NCBI GenBank assembly: GCA_965215895.1
Contig: CBDCEY010000005.1
Coordinates: 160,792-224,791, forward strand
From: Vicinamibacterales bacterium
GTDB lineage: Bacteria; Acidobacteriota; Vicinamibacteria; Vicinamibacterales; UBA8438
Direction of reading: 5' to 3'
DNA length: 64,000 nucleotides
Below the pieces are notes generated by a model. It was not told where the DNA came from. It did no database searches and saw only the letters and a list, made by a program, of their open reading frames with translations. Position 1 is the stretch's first letter. Every line of letters begins with the position of its first letter. This document shows, in pieces, positions 10,547 to 21,986 of this stretch. The position numbers and the translations under genes are program-made.

Positions 10547-10774
10547 ATGCCCGAGGCGCAGTTGACTGAACCGCTCGATCACGCGGCCGAAAAAGGGGGC
10601 GTCAAGGAGCTGTTCGCCGCGTTGGACGCGGCGGTCAAGGCCGACGTGGACGCGTTCCTCAGACAAGGAGACGCGAATGCCCAGGACTTCGAGACCCTCT
10701 TGCAGACCGTTCACCGTCGAGCCCTCGCCACGGCGAGCCAAGCCGTCAAGGTGATTGGCGCGCAGCGTTCGTAG
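10547..10774 (+). CDS. Transposase N-terminal ORF (out of frame with the main transposase ORF)
   Basis: 75 aa in frame 2. Its C-terminal half (AQDFETLLQTVHRRALATASQAV) is homologous to the frame-1 sequence just upstream of the main ORF (AQDFEALEQALRRQALGLAAQAM). Confidence 0.4.
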   Translation: MPEAQLTEPLDHAAEKGGVKELFAALDAAVKADVDAFLRQGDANAQDFETLLQTVHRRALATASQAVKVIGAQRS

Positions 10775-10890
10775 CCGCGTTTGCGGCTGAAATCGATGCG
10801 CTCATCGGACCGCGGCGGTCCGCCGCGCAGGACTTCGAGGCCCTCGAGCAGGCCCTCCGCCGCCAAGCCCTCGGCCTCGCCGCTCAGGCG

Positions 10891-12090
10891 ATGGCGGAGT
10901 ACTACGACGCGGACGATTCCGACCATTCGAGTTCGACGATAGCGTGCGCCTGCGGCCAGACGGCGCACTACGCCGGCCGCCGCCCGAAGACCTTCACCAC
11001 GCTGTTGGGACCGCTGACCCTGCACCGCGCCTACTACCACTGCGCCGCCTGCCGCCGGGGAAGCTATCCCCGCGACCAAGCCCTGGGTCTGCAAGACACC
11101 TCGCTGTCGCCCGCCACGGCGCGGCTGGTGGGACTGGCGGCGACGAGCGTCAGCTTCGCCGAAGCGAGCGAGTGGATGGGGGAGCTGGCCGGCGTGGCGG
11201 TCGACCCCAAACAGGTCGAGCGCATCGCCGAAGCGCTGGGCCGCGAAGTCGCGGCCGACGAACGCGAGAGGGTCGAGCCCGCACCCGGCGCGGCATCGAC
11301 GATGTACCTGGGGCTTGACGGCACCGGCGTGCCGGTGCGCAAGTCCGAGGTGGAAGGCCGGCGCGGCAAGCAGCCCGACGGGTCGGCCAAGACCCGCGAG
11401 GTCAAGCTCGTCACCGTGTGGACGGCGGAAACACGCAACGCCGACGGCCTCCCCGAACGCGACCCCGGGTCGGTCAGCTACAGCGCCGCGGTCGAGAGCG
11501 CGGCCAGCCGCCCCACCGACCCGCTGCCTTCCCCGTTCGCGCAACGGGCGTACCGCGAAGCGCGGCGGCGCGGCTTCGACACCGCGGCGCGACGCGTCAT
11601 CATCGGCGACGGGGCCGAGTGGATCTGGAATCTGTCCGCCGAACAGTTCCCCGGCGCCATCGAAATCGTCGACATCTACCATGCCAAGGGGCATCTGTGC
11701 GATGTCGCCAAGGCCATCTACGGCGCCGGCACGGACTTGGCCGCCCAGTGGGGCAAGGACCGGCGGGACGAGTTGGACGCCGGGCGGTTCGATGCGATCC
11801 TGACCGCCCTGCGCGCCCACCGTGAGACTTGCGAGGAGGCCCGCAAGTGTATCGACTACCTGACCCGCAACCGCCACCGGATGCGCTATCCGGAGTTCCG
11901 AGCGTGGGGTCTTTGCGTGTCGTCGGGCGTCGTCGAGGCCGGATGCAAGCTCGCTATCGGCGCCCGGCTCAAGCGCGCCGGCATGCACTGGACCGTGGCC
12001 GGCGCCAACGCCATCATCGCCCTGCGGTGCTGCAAGCTCAGCGGCCGCTTCGAGGATTTCTGGGAAGGACGAGCCGCCAGGGCCGCCTGA
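10891..12090 (+). CDS. DDE transposase, ISKra4-like family
   Basis: 399 aa from the first ATG, though the frame is open from 10570. Motifs: CxC...CxxC zinc motif (ACACGQ...HCAACRRG), LGLDGTGVP, IIGDGAEWIWN and DIYHAKGHL. The family name is from memory of this motif set. Confidence 0.8.
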   Translation: MAEYYDADDSDHSSSTIACACGQTAHYAGRRPKTFTTLLGPLTLHRAYYHCAACRRGSYPRDQALGLQDTSLSPATARLVGLAATSVSFAEASEWMGELAGVAVDPKQVERIAEALGREVAADERERVEPAPGAASTMYLGLDGTGVPVRKSEVEGRRGKQPDGSAKTREVKLVTVWTAETRNADGLPERDPGSVSYSAAVESAASRPTDPLPSPFAQRAYREARRRGFDTAARRVIIGDGAEWIWNLSAEQFPGAIEIVDIYHAKGHLCDVAKAIYGAGTDLAAQWGKDRRDELDAGRFDAILTALRAHRETCEEARKCIDYLTRNRHRMRYPEFRAWGLCVSSGVVEAGCKLAIGARLKRAGMHWTVAGANAIIALRCCKLSGRFEDFWEGRAARAA

Positions 12091-12110
12091 CAGTCATCTC
12101 ACGAATCTGA

Positions 12111-14612
<2,502 letters not shown>

Positions 14613-14666
14613 CGAAGGCCGCGAGCGGCGATCCGCGGCGTCGCGCTGGACCTCTATAATGGTCGC

Positions 14667-15485
14667 GTGTCCGTGGTGCGCATCGGGGATATCGCGATCG
14701 GCGATGGTGGGCCGCTCGTGCTCATCGCGGGGCCTTGCGTCATAGAGAGCGAAGCGCATGCGCTGTTTCTGGGCGGCGCCATCGCCGATATCACCCGGCA
14801 ACTCGGCGTTCCCTATATCTTCAAGGCGTCGTTCGACAAGGCCAATCGCACCTCCGCCCACTCGTTTCGCGGCCCCGGCCTGGAGGCCGGCCTGGCCGCG
14901 TTGAAGGCCGTCCGGGGCGCCCATCACGTCCCGGTCCTGACCGACGTCCACGAGACCGCGCAGGTGGACGCGGTCGCGGAGGTGGCCGACGTCCTCCAGA
15001 TCCCGGCCTTCCTGGCGCGGCAGACCGATCTGATCACCGCGGCGGCCGGCACCGGGCGCGCCGTGAACCTCAAGAAGGGCCAGTTCATGGCCCCCGCGGA
15101 CATGCGCCACGCCGTCGCGAAGGTCACCGAGACCGGCAACCGGCGCGTCCTGCTCACGGAACGGGGGGTCAGCTTCGGCTACCACAACCTGGTGGTCGAC
15201 TTCCGCGCGTTCCCCCAGCTCCGGGCGCTCGGCGCTCCGGTGGTGTTCGACGTGACGCACAGCCTGCAGCTGCCCGGGGCCGGCAACGGCGTGACCGCGG
15301 GCCAGGCCGAGTACATCGAGCCGCTGGCGGCGGCCGGCGCGGCAAGCGGGGTGGACGCCCTCTTCCTCGAGATTCACGAAGACCCCTCCCGCGCGAAGAG
15401 CGACGCGCAGAACGCGCTCCGGCTCGACCGGTTGCAGCCGCTCCTCGAACGGGTGTTGCGGATCGCCGAGGCGGCGAGGGACTGA
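14667..15485 (+). CDS. kdsA: 3-deoxy-8-phosphooctulonate (Kdo8P) synthase
   Basis: 272 aa: LIAGPCVIESEAHAL ... YIFKASFDKANRTS ... VFDVTHSLQLPG. Confidence 0.93.
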   Translation: MSVVRIGDIAIGDGGPLVLIAGPCVIESEAHALFLGGAIADITRQLGVPYIFKASFDKANRTSAHSFRGPGLEAGLAALKAVRGAHHVPVLTDVHETAQVDAVAEVADVLQIPAFLARQTDLITAAAGTGRAVNLKKGQFMAPADMRHAVAKVTETGNRRVLLTERGVSFGYHNLVVDFRAFPQLRALGAPVVFDVTHSLQLPGAGNGVTAGQAEYIEPLAAAGAASGVDALFLEIHEDPSRAKSDAQNALRLDRLQPLLERVLRIAEAARD

Positions 15486-15490
15486 ACCGC

Positions 15491-16483
15491 ATGACGACCA
15501 CCGGCTCCCCGCCGGCGCCCCCGCCGGTCGACCGGAGGCTGGCGCGGCAGGTCATCGAGACCGAGGCCGCCGCGATCAGGGCGCTCGCCGACCGTCTCGA
15601 CGAACGGTTCGACGCGGCCGTGCGCCTGCTGGACACGTGCACCGGGCGGGTCATCGTCACCGGCATGGGCAAGTCGGGGATCATCAGCCGCAAGATCGCC
15701 GCCACCCTCGCCAGCACCGGCACGCCGGCGTTCTTCCTGCATCCGGCCGAGGCGGTCCACGGAGACCTGGGGGTCGTGCAGGAAGACGACGTCGTCGTGG
15801 CCCTGTCCCACAGCGGCGAAACCAACGAGATCCTGCGCCTGATCGACACCATCCGGCGGGTCGGCGCCCGGCTCGTCTGTCTGACCGGAGCGCCGGAGTC
15901 GACCCTGGCGCGGACCGCCGACGTCACGCTCGACTGCGGCGTGCGCGTCGAGGCCTGCCCCCTGAACCTCGTGCCGACGGCGAGCACCACGGCCTCGCTG
16001 GCGCTGGGAGACGCCCTCGCCATGACCCTGCTCGTCCGGAAGGGGTTTCGCGAGGACGACTTCGCCAACCTGCATCCCGGCGGAGGGCTCGGCAAGCGTC
16101 TGTTGCACGTGGGCCGCCTGATGCGGACCGGCGACGACGTCCCGGCCGTCCACACCGACACCCCGATGCCCGCGGTGCTGCGGGAGATGACCGACAAGAG
16201 GATGGGCATGACCTGCGTGCGGGACGCCGCCGAACGACTGGCCGGCGTGATCACCGACGGGGATCTCCGGCGGCAGCTCGTCGGCGGCCGGCCGCTGTCC
16301 GCCTGCACCGCCGGGGACGTCATGTCGACGGAGCCGCGCACGACCACCGCATCGACGCTGGCCGCCCAGGCGCTCCACCTCATGGAGGCCCACCGCGTAA
16401 CCGCGCTCGTGGTGGTCGGCGACGCCCGACAGGTCGAAGGCGTCGTCCACCTCCACGACCTGTGGCGCACCGAGCTGTTCTGA
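15491..16483 (+). CDS. kdsD: Arabinose-5-phosphate isomerase (KpsF/GutQ family, SIS + tandem CBS)
   Basis: Start at ATG 15491. GRVIVTGMGKSGIISRKIAATLASTGTPAFFLHPAEAVHGDLG, with C-terminal CBS pairs. 330 aa. Confidence 0.9.
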   Translation: MTTTGSPPAPPPVDRRLARQVIETEAAAIRALADRLDERFDAAVRLLDTCTGRVIVTGMGKSGIISRKIAATLASTGTPAFFLHPAEAVHGDLGVVQEDDVVVALSHSGETNEILRLIDTIRRVGARLVCLTGAPESTLARTADVTLDCGVRVEACPLNLVPTASTTASLALGDALAMTLLVRKGFREDDFANLHPGGGLGKRLLHVGRLMRTGDDVPAVHTDTPMPAVLREMTDKRMGMTCVRDAAERLAGVITDGDLRRQLVGGRPLSACTAGDVMSTEPRTTTASTLAAQALHLMEAHRVTALVVVGDARQVEGVVHLHDLWRTELF

Positions 16484-17688
16484 TGAGCGACTCCGTGGGG
16501 CTGCTCGTCGCGCTGCTGGCCCTGCTGCTGGGTCTCGCCGCCGGGAAGGCGTGGGAGCGCTACAAGCTCAGCGCAGGACGCTGGATCGACCGGCGCCGGG
16601 CCCGCGAGTCGCCCCGCTACCTGCTGGGGCTCAACCTGCTGGTGTCCAACCAGCTCGACCTCGCCATCGAGGAGTTGAACACCGCCGCCGGCTTCGATGC
16701 CGACGCCCTCGAGATCCAACTGATACTCGGGAACCTGTATCGGGAGAAGGGCCAGGTGACCCGGGCAATCCAGCTCCATCAGCAGTTGCTGCAACGGTCG
16801 AAGCTGACCCGAAAGGAGCAGGCGTACATCCTCCTGTGTCTCGGGCTCGACTTCAAGCGCGGCGGCTTCGTCGACCGGGCCCTCGAGACCCTTACGGAAG
16901 TGCTGCGCATGGACGGCGCCAACCAGCAGGCGTTGTCGAACCTCGAGAAGCTGCACGAGGAACAGCAGCAGTGGCAGGAGGCCTGGGCCATCCGCCAACG
17001 GCTCGCGGCCCTGGCCGAACCTGCCCAGCGGCCGCAGCACCAGGCGATACTCGCGTTTCTGGAGACCCGCCTGGGTCTGCAGGCGCTGGAGCGGGACGAC
17101 CCGGCAGAGGCGGTGTCGCGATACGAGGCGGCGATCGCCCTCGATGACCGCGCCGTCCCCGCCTATCTCAATCTCGGCGACCTGCAACGCGGGGAAGGCC
17201 GCATGGACGAGGCGATCGTGACCTGGGAGAAGGTCGCCGATATCGCCCCGGACCGCGCCTACCTGATTCTGGACCGGGTCGAAGGCGCGAGCCGCGAGCA
17301 GGAAGACGCGGAGCGGTTCCCGGCCCTGTGCCGCCGTCTGATCGACGCCAATCCCCAGGACTGGCGGGCGCGGCTCGCGCTGGGACGCCACCTCGCGGAT
17401 CGCGGGGAGCCGTCCGCCGCCCTCGATCTGCTCTTCGAATCGCTGGTCCACAACCCGCACGCCCTGGCCATTCATCAGGTGATGTGGCAGGCCCTCGCGG
17501 CTCTGCGCTTCGACGAGCCCCGGGTTCGCCGCTACATGGAGCTGACGCGCGGCGCGGTGTTCTATCTCGACCCGCACGTGTGCATGCGGTGCCGCTACCG
17601 CAGCACCGAGCTGTTGTGGCAGTGTCCCCAATGCCACGAATGGAACACCTTCGTCGAGGAGCGGATCACCCCGGCCGAAGAAGACTGA
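16483..17688 (+). CDS. lapB: Lipopolysaccharide assembly protein B (TPR + rubredoxin-like zinc finger)
   Basis: The ATG at 16483 overlaps the kdsD TGA. N-terminal TM helix, TPR repeats and C-terminal CMRCRY...WQCPQCHEWNTF. 401 aa. Confidence 0.85.
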   Translation: MSDSVGLLVALLALLLGLAAGKAWERYKLSAGRWIDRRRARESPRYLLGLNLLVSNQLDLAIEELNTAAGFDADALEIQLILGNLYREKGQVTRAIQLHQQLLQRSKLTRKEQAYILLCLGLDFKRGGFVDRALETLTEVLRMDGANQQALSNLEKLHEEQQQWQEAWAIRQRLAALAEPAQRPQHQAILAFLETRLGLQALERDDPAEAVSRYEAAIALDDRAVPAYLNLGDLQRGEGRMDEAIVTWEKVADIAPDRAYLILDRVEGASREQEDAERFPALCRRLIDANPQDWRARLALGRHLADRGEPSAALDLLFESLVHNPHALAIHQVMWQALAALRFDEPRVRRYMELTRGAVFYLDPHVCMRCRYRSTELLWQCPQCHEWNTFVEERITPAEED

Positions 17689-17690
17689 CG

Positions 17691-18293
17691 ATGCGGGTCG
17701 TGCTGACGGGCGGTATCGCGACCGGCAAGAGCCATGCGCTGGCTCGGTTCGCAGTCCACGGCGTGCCGACGTCGGACGCGGACCGGTGGGCCCACGAGGC
17801 GACCGCGCCGGGCGGCCCCGCGTGGCAGGACCTGCGCGACCGCTTCGGGCCGGACGTTTTCGACGCGGAGGGGCGCGTCGACCGGCGCCGGCTCGGCGCC
17901 CTCGTCTTCGCCGACGACGCGGCCCGGGCCGACCTGAACGCCATCGTCCATCCCCGCGTCCGTTCGGCCATCACCAGCTGGTTCGCCGATCTCGAGCGCC
18001 GCCCGGGCCACCGGTTCGGCATCGTCGCGATACCGCTGTTCTTCGAGGGCTCCCGGACCGAGTCGTTCGATCGGGTCATCGTCACCGCCTGCGAGCACCC
18101 CGCGCAGGTCGCGCGGGTGGTCGCGCGCGGGTTCAGCCGGGACGAGGCCGAACGCCGCATCGCCGCCCAGCTGCCGACCCCGGAGAAGACGCGCCGGGCC
18201 GACTGCGTGATCCGGACGGACGGGACGCTGGCCGACACCGACCGCCAAGTGGACGCGATTCATCGCGCGCTCGCGACCCTGTCGGCGGCCTGA
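17691..18293 (+). CDS. coaE: Dephospho-CoA kinase
   Basis: Start at ATG 17691. MRVVLTGGIATGKS P-loop. 200 aa. Confidence 0.9.
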   Translation: MRVVLTGGIATGKSHALARFAVHGVPTSDADRWAHEATAPGGPAWQDLRDRFGPDVFDAEGRVDRRRLGALVFADDAARADLNAIVHPRVRSAITSWFADLERRPGHRFGIVAIPLFFEGSRTESFDRVIVTACEHPAQVARVVARGFSRDEAERRIAAQLPTPEKTRRADCVIRTDGTLADTDRQVDAIHRALATLSAA

Positions 18294-18439
18294 ACGGGGT
18301 CGACGCCGGACGGCAGGCCGAGACCGGGCCCTTCGCTATCCGGTTCCGAAGTTCGCCAGGCTCGCCCCCACGCGGGGGCGGCGGTCGAGCTCGGCCGTCG
18401 AGCGCGGTCGGCAACGGACGCCCTGGCTGGACCGGCGAA

Positions 18440-18496
18440 CCAGGTGGCGCCCGACCCGCCAGGTGGCGCCCGGCCCGCCAAGTGGCGCCCGCACGC
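18440..18496. repeat. 19-bp x 3 tandem repeat
   Basis: ccaggtggcgcccgacccg / ccaggtggcgcccggcccg / ccaagtggcgcccgcacgc, inside the 361-bp coaE/ABC intergenic region. Confidence 0.85.
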
Positions 18497-18655
18497 AATG
18501 CCAGTATCCTGTATCGTGCTGGGAGCCTCCCGCGGCTGCCCGTCGTCCGACGACTCGGTCGGATCGCCGAACCGACACGGGGGTCGCAACGTAGATGAAG
18601 GCGACGGCGTCGTGAAGGCGGAGAGTACCGTGGCGCGGCTCCCGGAGGCAGGTCG

Positions 18656-19351
18656 ATGAACGAGACGGAGGCGTTAGTGGAGATCCGGAACCTGCACAAG
18701 CAGTTCCGGCGCGGATCGGAGCGGATCGACGTCCTGCAGGGGGTCACGATCGATCTGCCGCGGGGAGACTTCCTCGCGCTGATGGGACCGTCGGGCTCCG
18801 GCAAGACGACGCTGTTGAACCTGCTCGGCGGCCTCGACACGCCGAGCGAGGGCTCGGTGACGGTCGGCGGCGACCGGATCGACCGCATCTCGGGCGGGAA
18901 GCTCGCGCGCTGGCGGGCGCGGCACATCGGCTTCGTCTTCCAGCTCTACAACCTGCTGCCGGTGCTCACGGCGGAGCGCAACGTCGAGCTTCCGCTGCTG
19001 CTGACGCCGTTGTCGCGCGCCGAACGGCGACGGCACGTCGCCACCGCGCTGGAGGTCGTCGGCCTGTCGGACCGTGCAAAACACTATCCGCGTCAGCTCT
19101 CGGGCGGACAGGAGCAGCGCGTCGGCATCGCGCGGGCCATCGTGACCGACCCGACCCTGCTGCTCTGCGACGAGCCGACGGGCGACCTCGACCGGAAGGC
19201 CGGCGACGAGATCCTCGACCTGCTGCAGGCGCTGAACGCCGAGCACGGCAAGACCATCGTCATGGTCACCCACGACGCGCACGCCGCCGCCCGCGCCCGG
19301 CGCACGCTCCATCTGAACAAGGGCCTGCTCTCCACGGAGGCGGACTCATGA
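18656..19351 (+). CDS. ABC transporter ATP-binding protein (MacB/LolD-like)
   Basis: 231 aa. Walker A GPSGSGKTT, signature LSGGQEQR, Walker B LLLCDEPT. Confidence 0.9.
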   Translation: MNETEALVEIRNLHKQFRRGSERIDVLQGVTIDLPRGDFLALMGPSGSGKTTLLNLLGGLDTPSEGSVTVGGDRIDRISGGKLARWRARHIGFVFQLYNLLPVLTAERNVELPLLLTPLSRAERRRHVATALEVVGLSDRAKHYPRQLSGGQEQRVGIARAIVTDPTLLLCDEPTGDLDRKAGDEILDLLQALNAEHGKTIVMVTHDAHAAARARRTLHLNKGLLSTEADS

Positions 19352-20499
19352 GGTTCCTGCCCCTCGTGTGGAAGAACCTGTTCCGGCGCCGGGTTCGCAC
19401 CCTGTTCACGGTGCTGTCGATCGTGGTGGCCTTCGTCCTTTTCTCGTACCTCGCCGCCATCCGCATCGCGTTCAGCTCCGGGGTCGAGGTGGCGGGCGCG
19501 GACCGCATGCTCGTCATCCACAAGATATCGCTCATCCAGCCGCTGCCCGAGAGCTACCTGGGGCGAATAGCGTCGATCGACGGGGTCGCGGACATCAGCC
19601 ACATGTCGTGGTTCGGCGGGGTCTATCAGGACCCGCGGAACTTCTTCGCGCAGTTCGCGGTCGACCCCGAGAGCTATCTGCGCCTCTACCCGGAGATCGT
19701 CCTGACCGACACCGAGCGCGAGACGTGGCGGCGGAACCGGACCGGGGCGATCGTCGGCCGGGCGACCGCCGACCGGTTCGGGTGGGAGGTCGGAGATCGG
19801 ATTCCCCTCCAGGGGACCATCTTCCGGACCCGCAGCGGCCCGACCTGGGAGTTCACGATCGACGGCATCTACGAGGCGGGGGTGGAGGGCTACGACACGT
19901 CGACCTTCTACTTCCACCACGAGTACCTGATGGAGGCCAACGCGCTGGGCCAGCGTTTCATCGGCCAGTTCATCATCCGCATCGACGACCCGGCGCGGTC
20001 GGCTGACGTAGCGGCCGCCGTCGACGCGCGCTTCGCCAACTCGCCGGCGGAGACCAGGACCTCGACCGAGCAGGCGTTCCTGCAGGGATTCGCCGACCAG
20101 TTGGGCAACATCGGCGCCATCGTCACCGCGGTGCTGACCGCGGTCTTCTTCACCATTCTCCTGATCACCGCCAATACGATGGCGCAGTCGATCCGGGAGC
20201 GGACCGGCGAGCTGGCGGTGCTGAAGACGCTCGGCTTCACCGACGGCGCGGTGCTGGCCCTGGTGCTCGGCGAGTCGTTCGCGATTGCCGTCGCCGGGGG
20301 CGCGCTCGGCCTCGGCCTCGGCCGGCTGCTGATCGGCCTGGGCGACCCCACCGGCGGCTTTCTGCCGACCTTCATCATGCCGCCGCGCGATCTCGTCACC
20401 GGGGGCGCCCTGGTGATCCTGCTCGGGCTTGCGTCGGGGGTCGTACCGGCCGTGCAGGCGACGCGGCTCCGAATCGTCGACGCGTTGCGGAAGGTGTGA
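19348..20499 (+). CDS. ABC transporter permease (FtsX/MacB-type)
   Basis: 383 aa. N-terminal TM, a large periplasmic domain and a C-terminal FtsX-like 3-TM bundle. 4-nt overlap with the ATPase gene. Confidence 0.85.
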   Translation: MRFLPLVWKNLFRRRVRTLFTVLSIVVAFVLFSYLAAIRIAFSSGVEVAGADRMLVIHKISLIQPLPESYLGRIASIDGVADISHMSWFGGVYQDPRNFFAQFAVDPESYLRLYPEIVLTDTERETWRRNRTGAIVGRATADRFGWEVGDRIPLQGTIFRTRSGPTWEFTIDGIYEAGVEGYDTSTFYFHHEYLMEANALGQRFIGQFIIRIDDPARSADVAAAVDARFANSPAETRTSTEQAFLQGFADQLGNIGAIVTAVLTAVFFTILLITANTMAQSIRERTGELAVLKTLGFTDGAVLALVLGESFAIAVAGGALGLGLGRLLIGLGDPTGGFLPTFIMPPRDLVTGGALVILLGLASGVVPAVQATRLRIVDALRKV

Positions 20500-21689
20500 C
20501 GATGCGCTTCCTGGCTCAGGTATTCACGATGATCGCGCTCACGCTGCGCACCGTGCCGCAGCGCGCCGGCTCGTCCCTCGTCGCGGTGACGGGGGTGACG
20601 GGGGTGGTGATCGTCTTCGTCGCGGTGCTCTCCATCGCCGAGGGGTTCCAGGCCGCGCTCGCGGGGGCCGGGTCGCCCGACACCGCGATCGTCATGCGGG
20701 GCGGCAGCGATACCGAGCTGAGCAGCGGGTTGCCCCTCGCGAGCACCCGGGTCATCAAGGACGCCCCCGGCGTGCAGCGGTCCGCGGACGGCCCCCTCGC
20801 GTCGGCCGAGCTGTTCGTGGTCGTCGACGTGCCGAAGCGCAGCACCGGAACGCCGGCAAACGTCCCCCTGCGCGGGGTCGAGCCGGCGGCTTTCGCCATC
20901 CGGGACGAGGTGCGCATCGTCGAGGGACGCACCTTCCGGCCGGGAACCAACGAGATCATCGTTGGCCGCAGCGCCGCCGCCCAGTTCGCGGGCATCGACC
21001 TCGGGTCCACGCAGCAGTGGGGCGAGAACGCGTGGGAGGTCGTCGGCATCTTCGAGGCCGGCGGCACCATCGCCGAGTCGGAGATCTGGTGCGACGCCCG
21101 CGTGCTGCAGCCGGCGTACCGCCGCGGCGACTCGTTCCAGTCGGTGTACGCGAGACTCGAGTCGGCCGACGCCTTCGACGCCTTCAAGGACGCCCTGACC
21201 ACCGATCCCCGCGTCGACGTCATGGTCGAGCGCGAGGAGGACTACTACCTGGGGCAGTCCCAGATGGTCACAGGCATCATCACCGGCATCGGCACCGTCA
21301 TCGCGCTCCTGATGGGCATCGGCGCGGTGTTCGGCGCCATCAACACGATGTACACCGCGGTGGCCAGCCGGACCCGCGAGATCGCGACGCTGCGCGCGCT
21401 CGGGTTCTCCAGCGGGCCGGTGGTCATCTCGGTGATGGCGGAATCGGTGGCCCTGTCCATCGCCGGCGGGGCTCTCGGCGGTTTCCTCGCCTACGCCGGC
21501 TTCAACGGCTATCAGACCGCCACCATCAACTGGCAGACGTTCAGCCAAGTGGCGTTCGCGTTCAGAGTCACGCCCGCGCTACTCGTCCAGGGAGTCGTCT
21601 GGGCGGTGGTGATGGGGTTCCTCGGCGGGATCTTCCCCGCCCTCCGCGCCGCACGGCTGCCCGTGGCCACCGCCCTGCGGGAGCTGTGA
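20496..21689 (+). CDS. ABC transporter permease (FtsX/MacB-type), second copy
   Basis: 397 aa with the same architecture as the upstream permease. 4-nt overlap with it. Confidence 0.85.
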   Translation: MTMRFLAQVFTMIALTLRTVPQRAGSSLVAVTGVTGVVIVFVAVLSIAEGFQAALAGAGSPDTAIVMRGGSDTELSSGLPLASTRVIKDAPGVQRSADGPLASAELFVVVDVPKRSTGTPANVPLRGVEPAAFAIRDEVRIVEGRTFRPGTNEIIVGRSAAAQFAGIDLGSTQQWGENAWEVVGIFEAGGTIAESEIWCDARVLQPAYRRGDSFQSVYARLESADAFDAFKDALTTDPRVDVMVEREEDYYLGQSQMVTGIITGIGTVIALLMGIGAVFGAINTMYTAVASRTREIATLRALGFSSGPVVISVMAESVALSIAGGALGGFLAYAGFNGYQTATINWQTFSQVAFAFRVTPALLVQGVVWAVVMGFLGGIFPALRAARLPVATALREL

Positions 21690-21699
21690 CCCACCCCAT

Positions 21700-21986
21700 C
21701 CCCGGAGCCCACCTCCACATGACCAGACCTTCCTCACAGGCCCCGCTGTCCCACTACTCCCCCAACTGCGACCCCACGACAGCACGAACGGCTCCCCCTC
21801 GCCCCTCCGCCACCGACCACACCCAACTACTGCCCCGGCCACCCAGCCCCCAAGCCCACGACAGCACCCCGACGCCCCTCCGGGATCTTCATCTGCCAAG
21901 TCCCCCCAAAACCGTCCGACTGCCCCCGAACACTACGCACCACAAATCACTGCCAAGCCCTTTTCACCCCCCGTCACCCCAGCCCG
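21700..21986. other. Strongly strand-asymmetric C-rich, G-poor non-coding tract at the island's left edge
   Basis: In one hand-counted 60-nt line (21781-21840), G = 10 and C is about 33. The minus strand carries many G3-G6 runs. No credible ORF. Confidence 0.6.

Noticed and set aside
10735-10775. Programmed -1 ribosomal frameshift joining the two ISKra4-like transposase ORFs
   Set aside because: There is no slippery heptamer (A AAA AAG or similar) in the overlap, so I treat it as a mutation or an unusual organisation rather than programmed recoding.
18133-18927. 264-aa minus-strand ORF, and neighbours, across the coaE/ABC intergenic region
   Set aside because: It has an Arg/Pro/Ser-rich low-complexity composition, overlaps real genes at both ends and has no recognisable motif.
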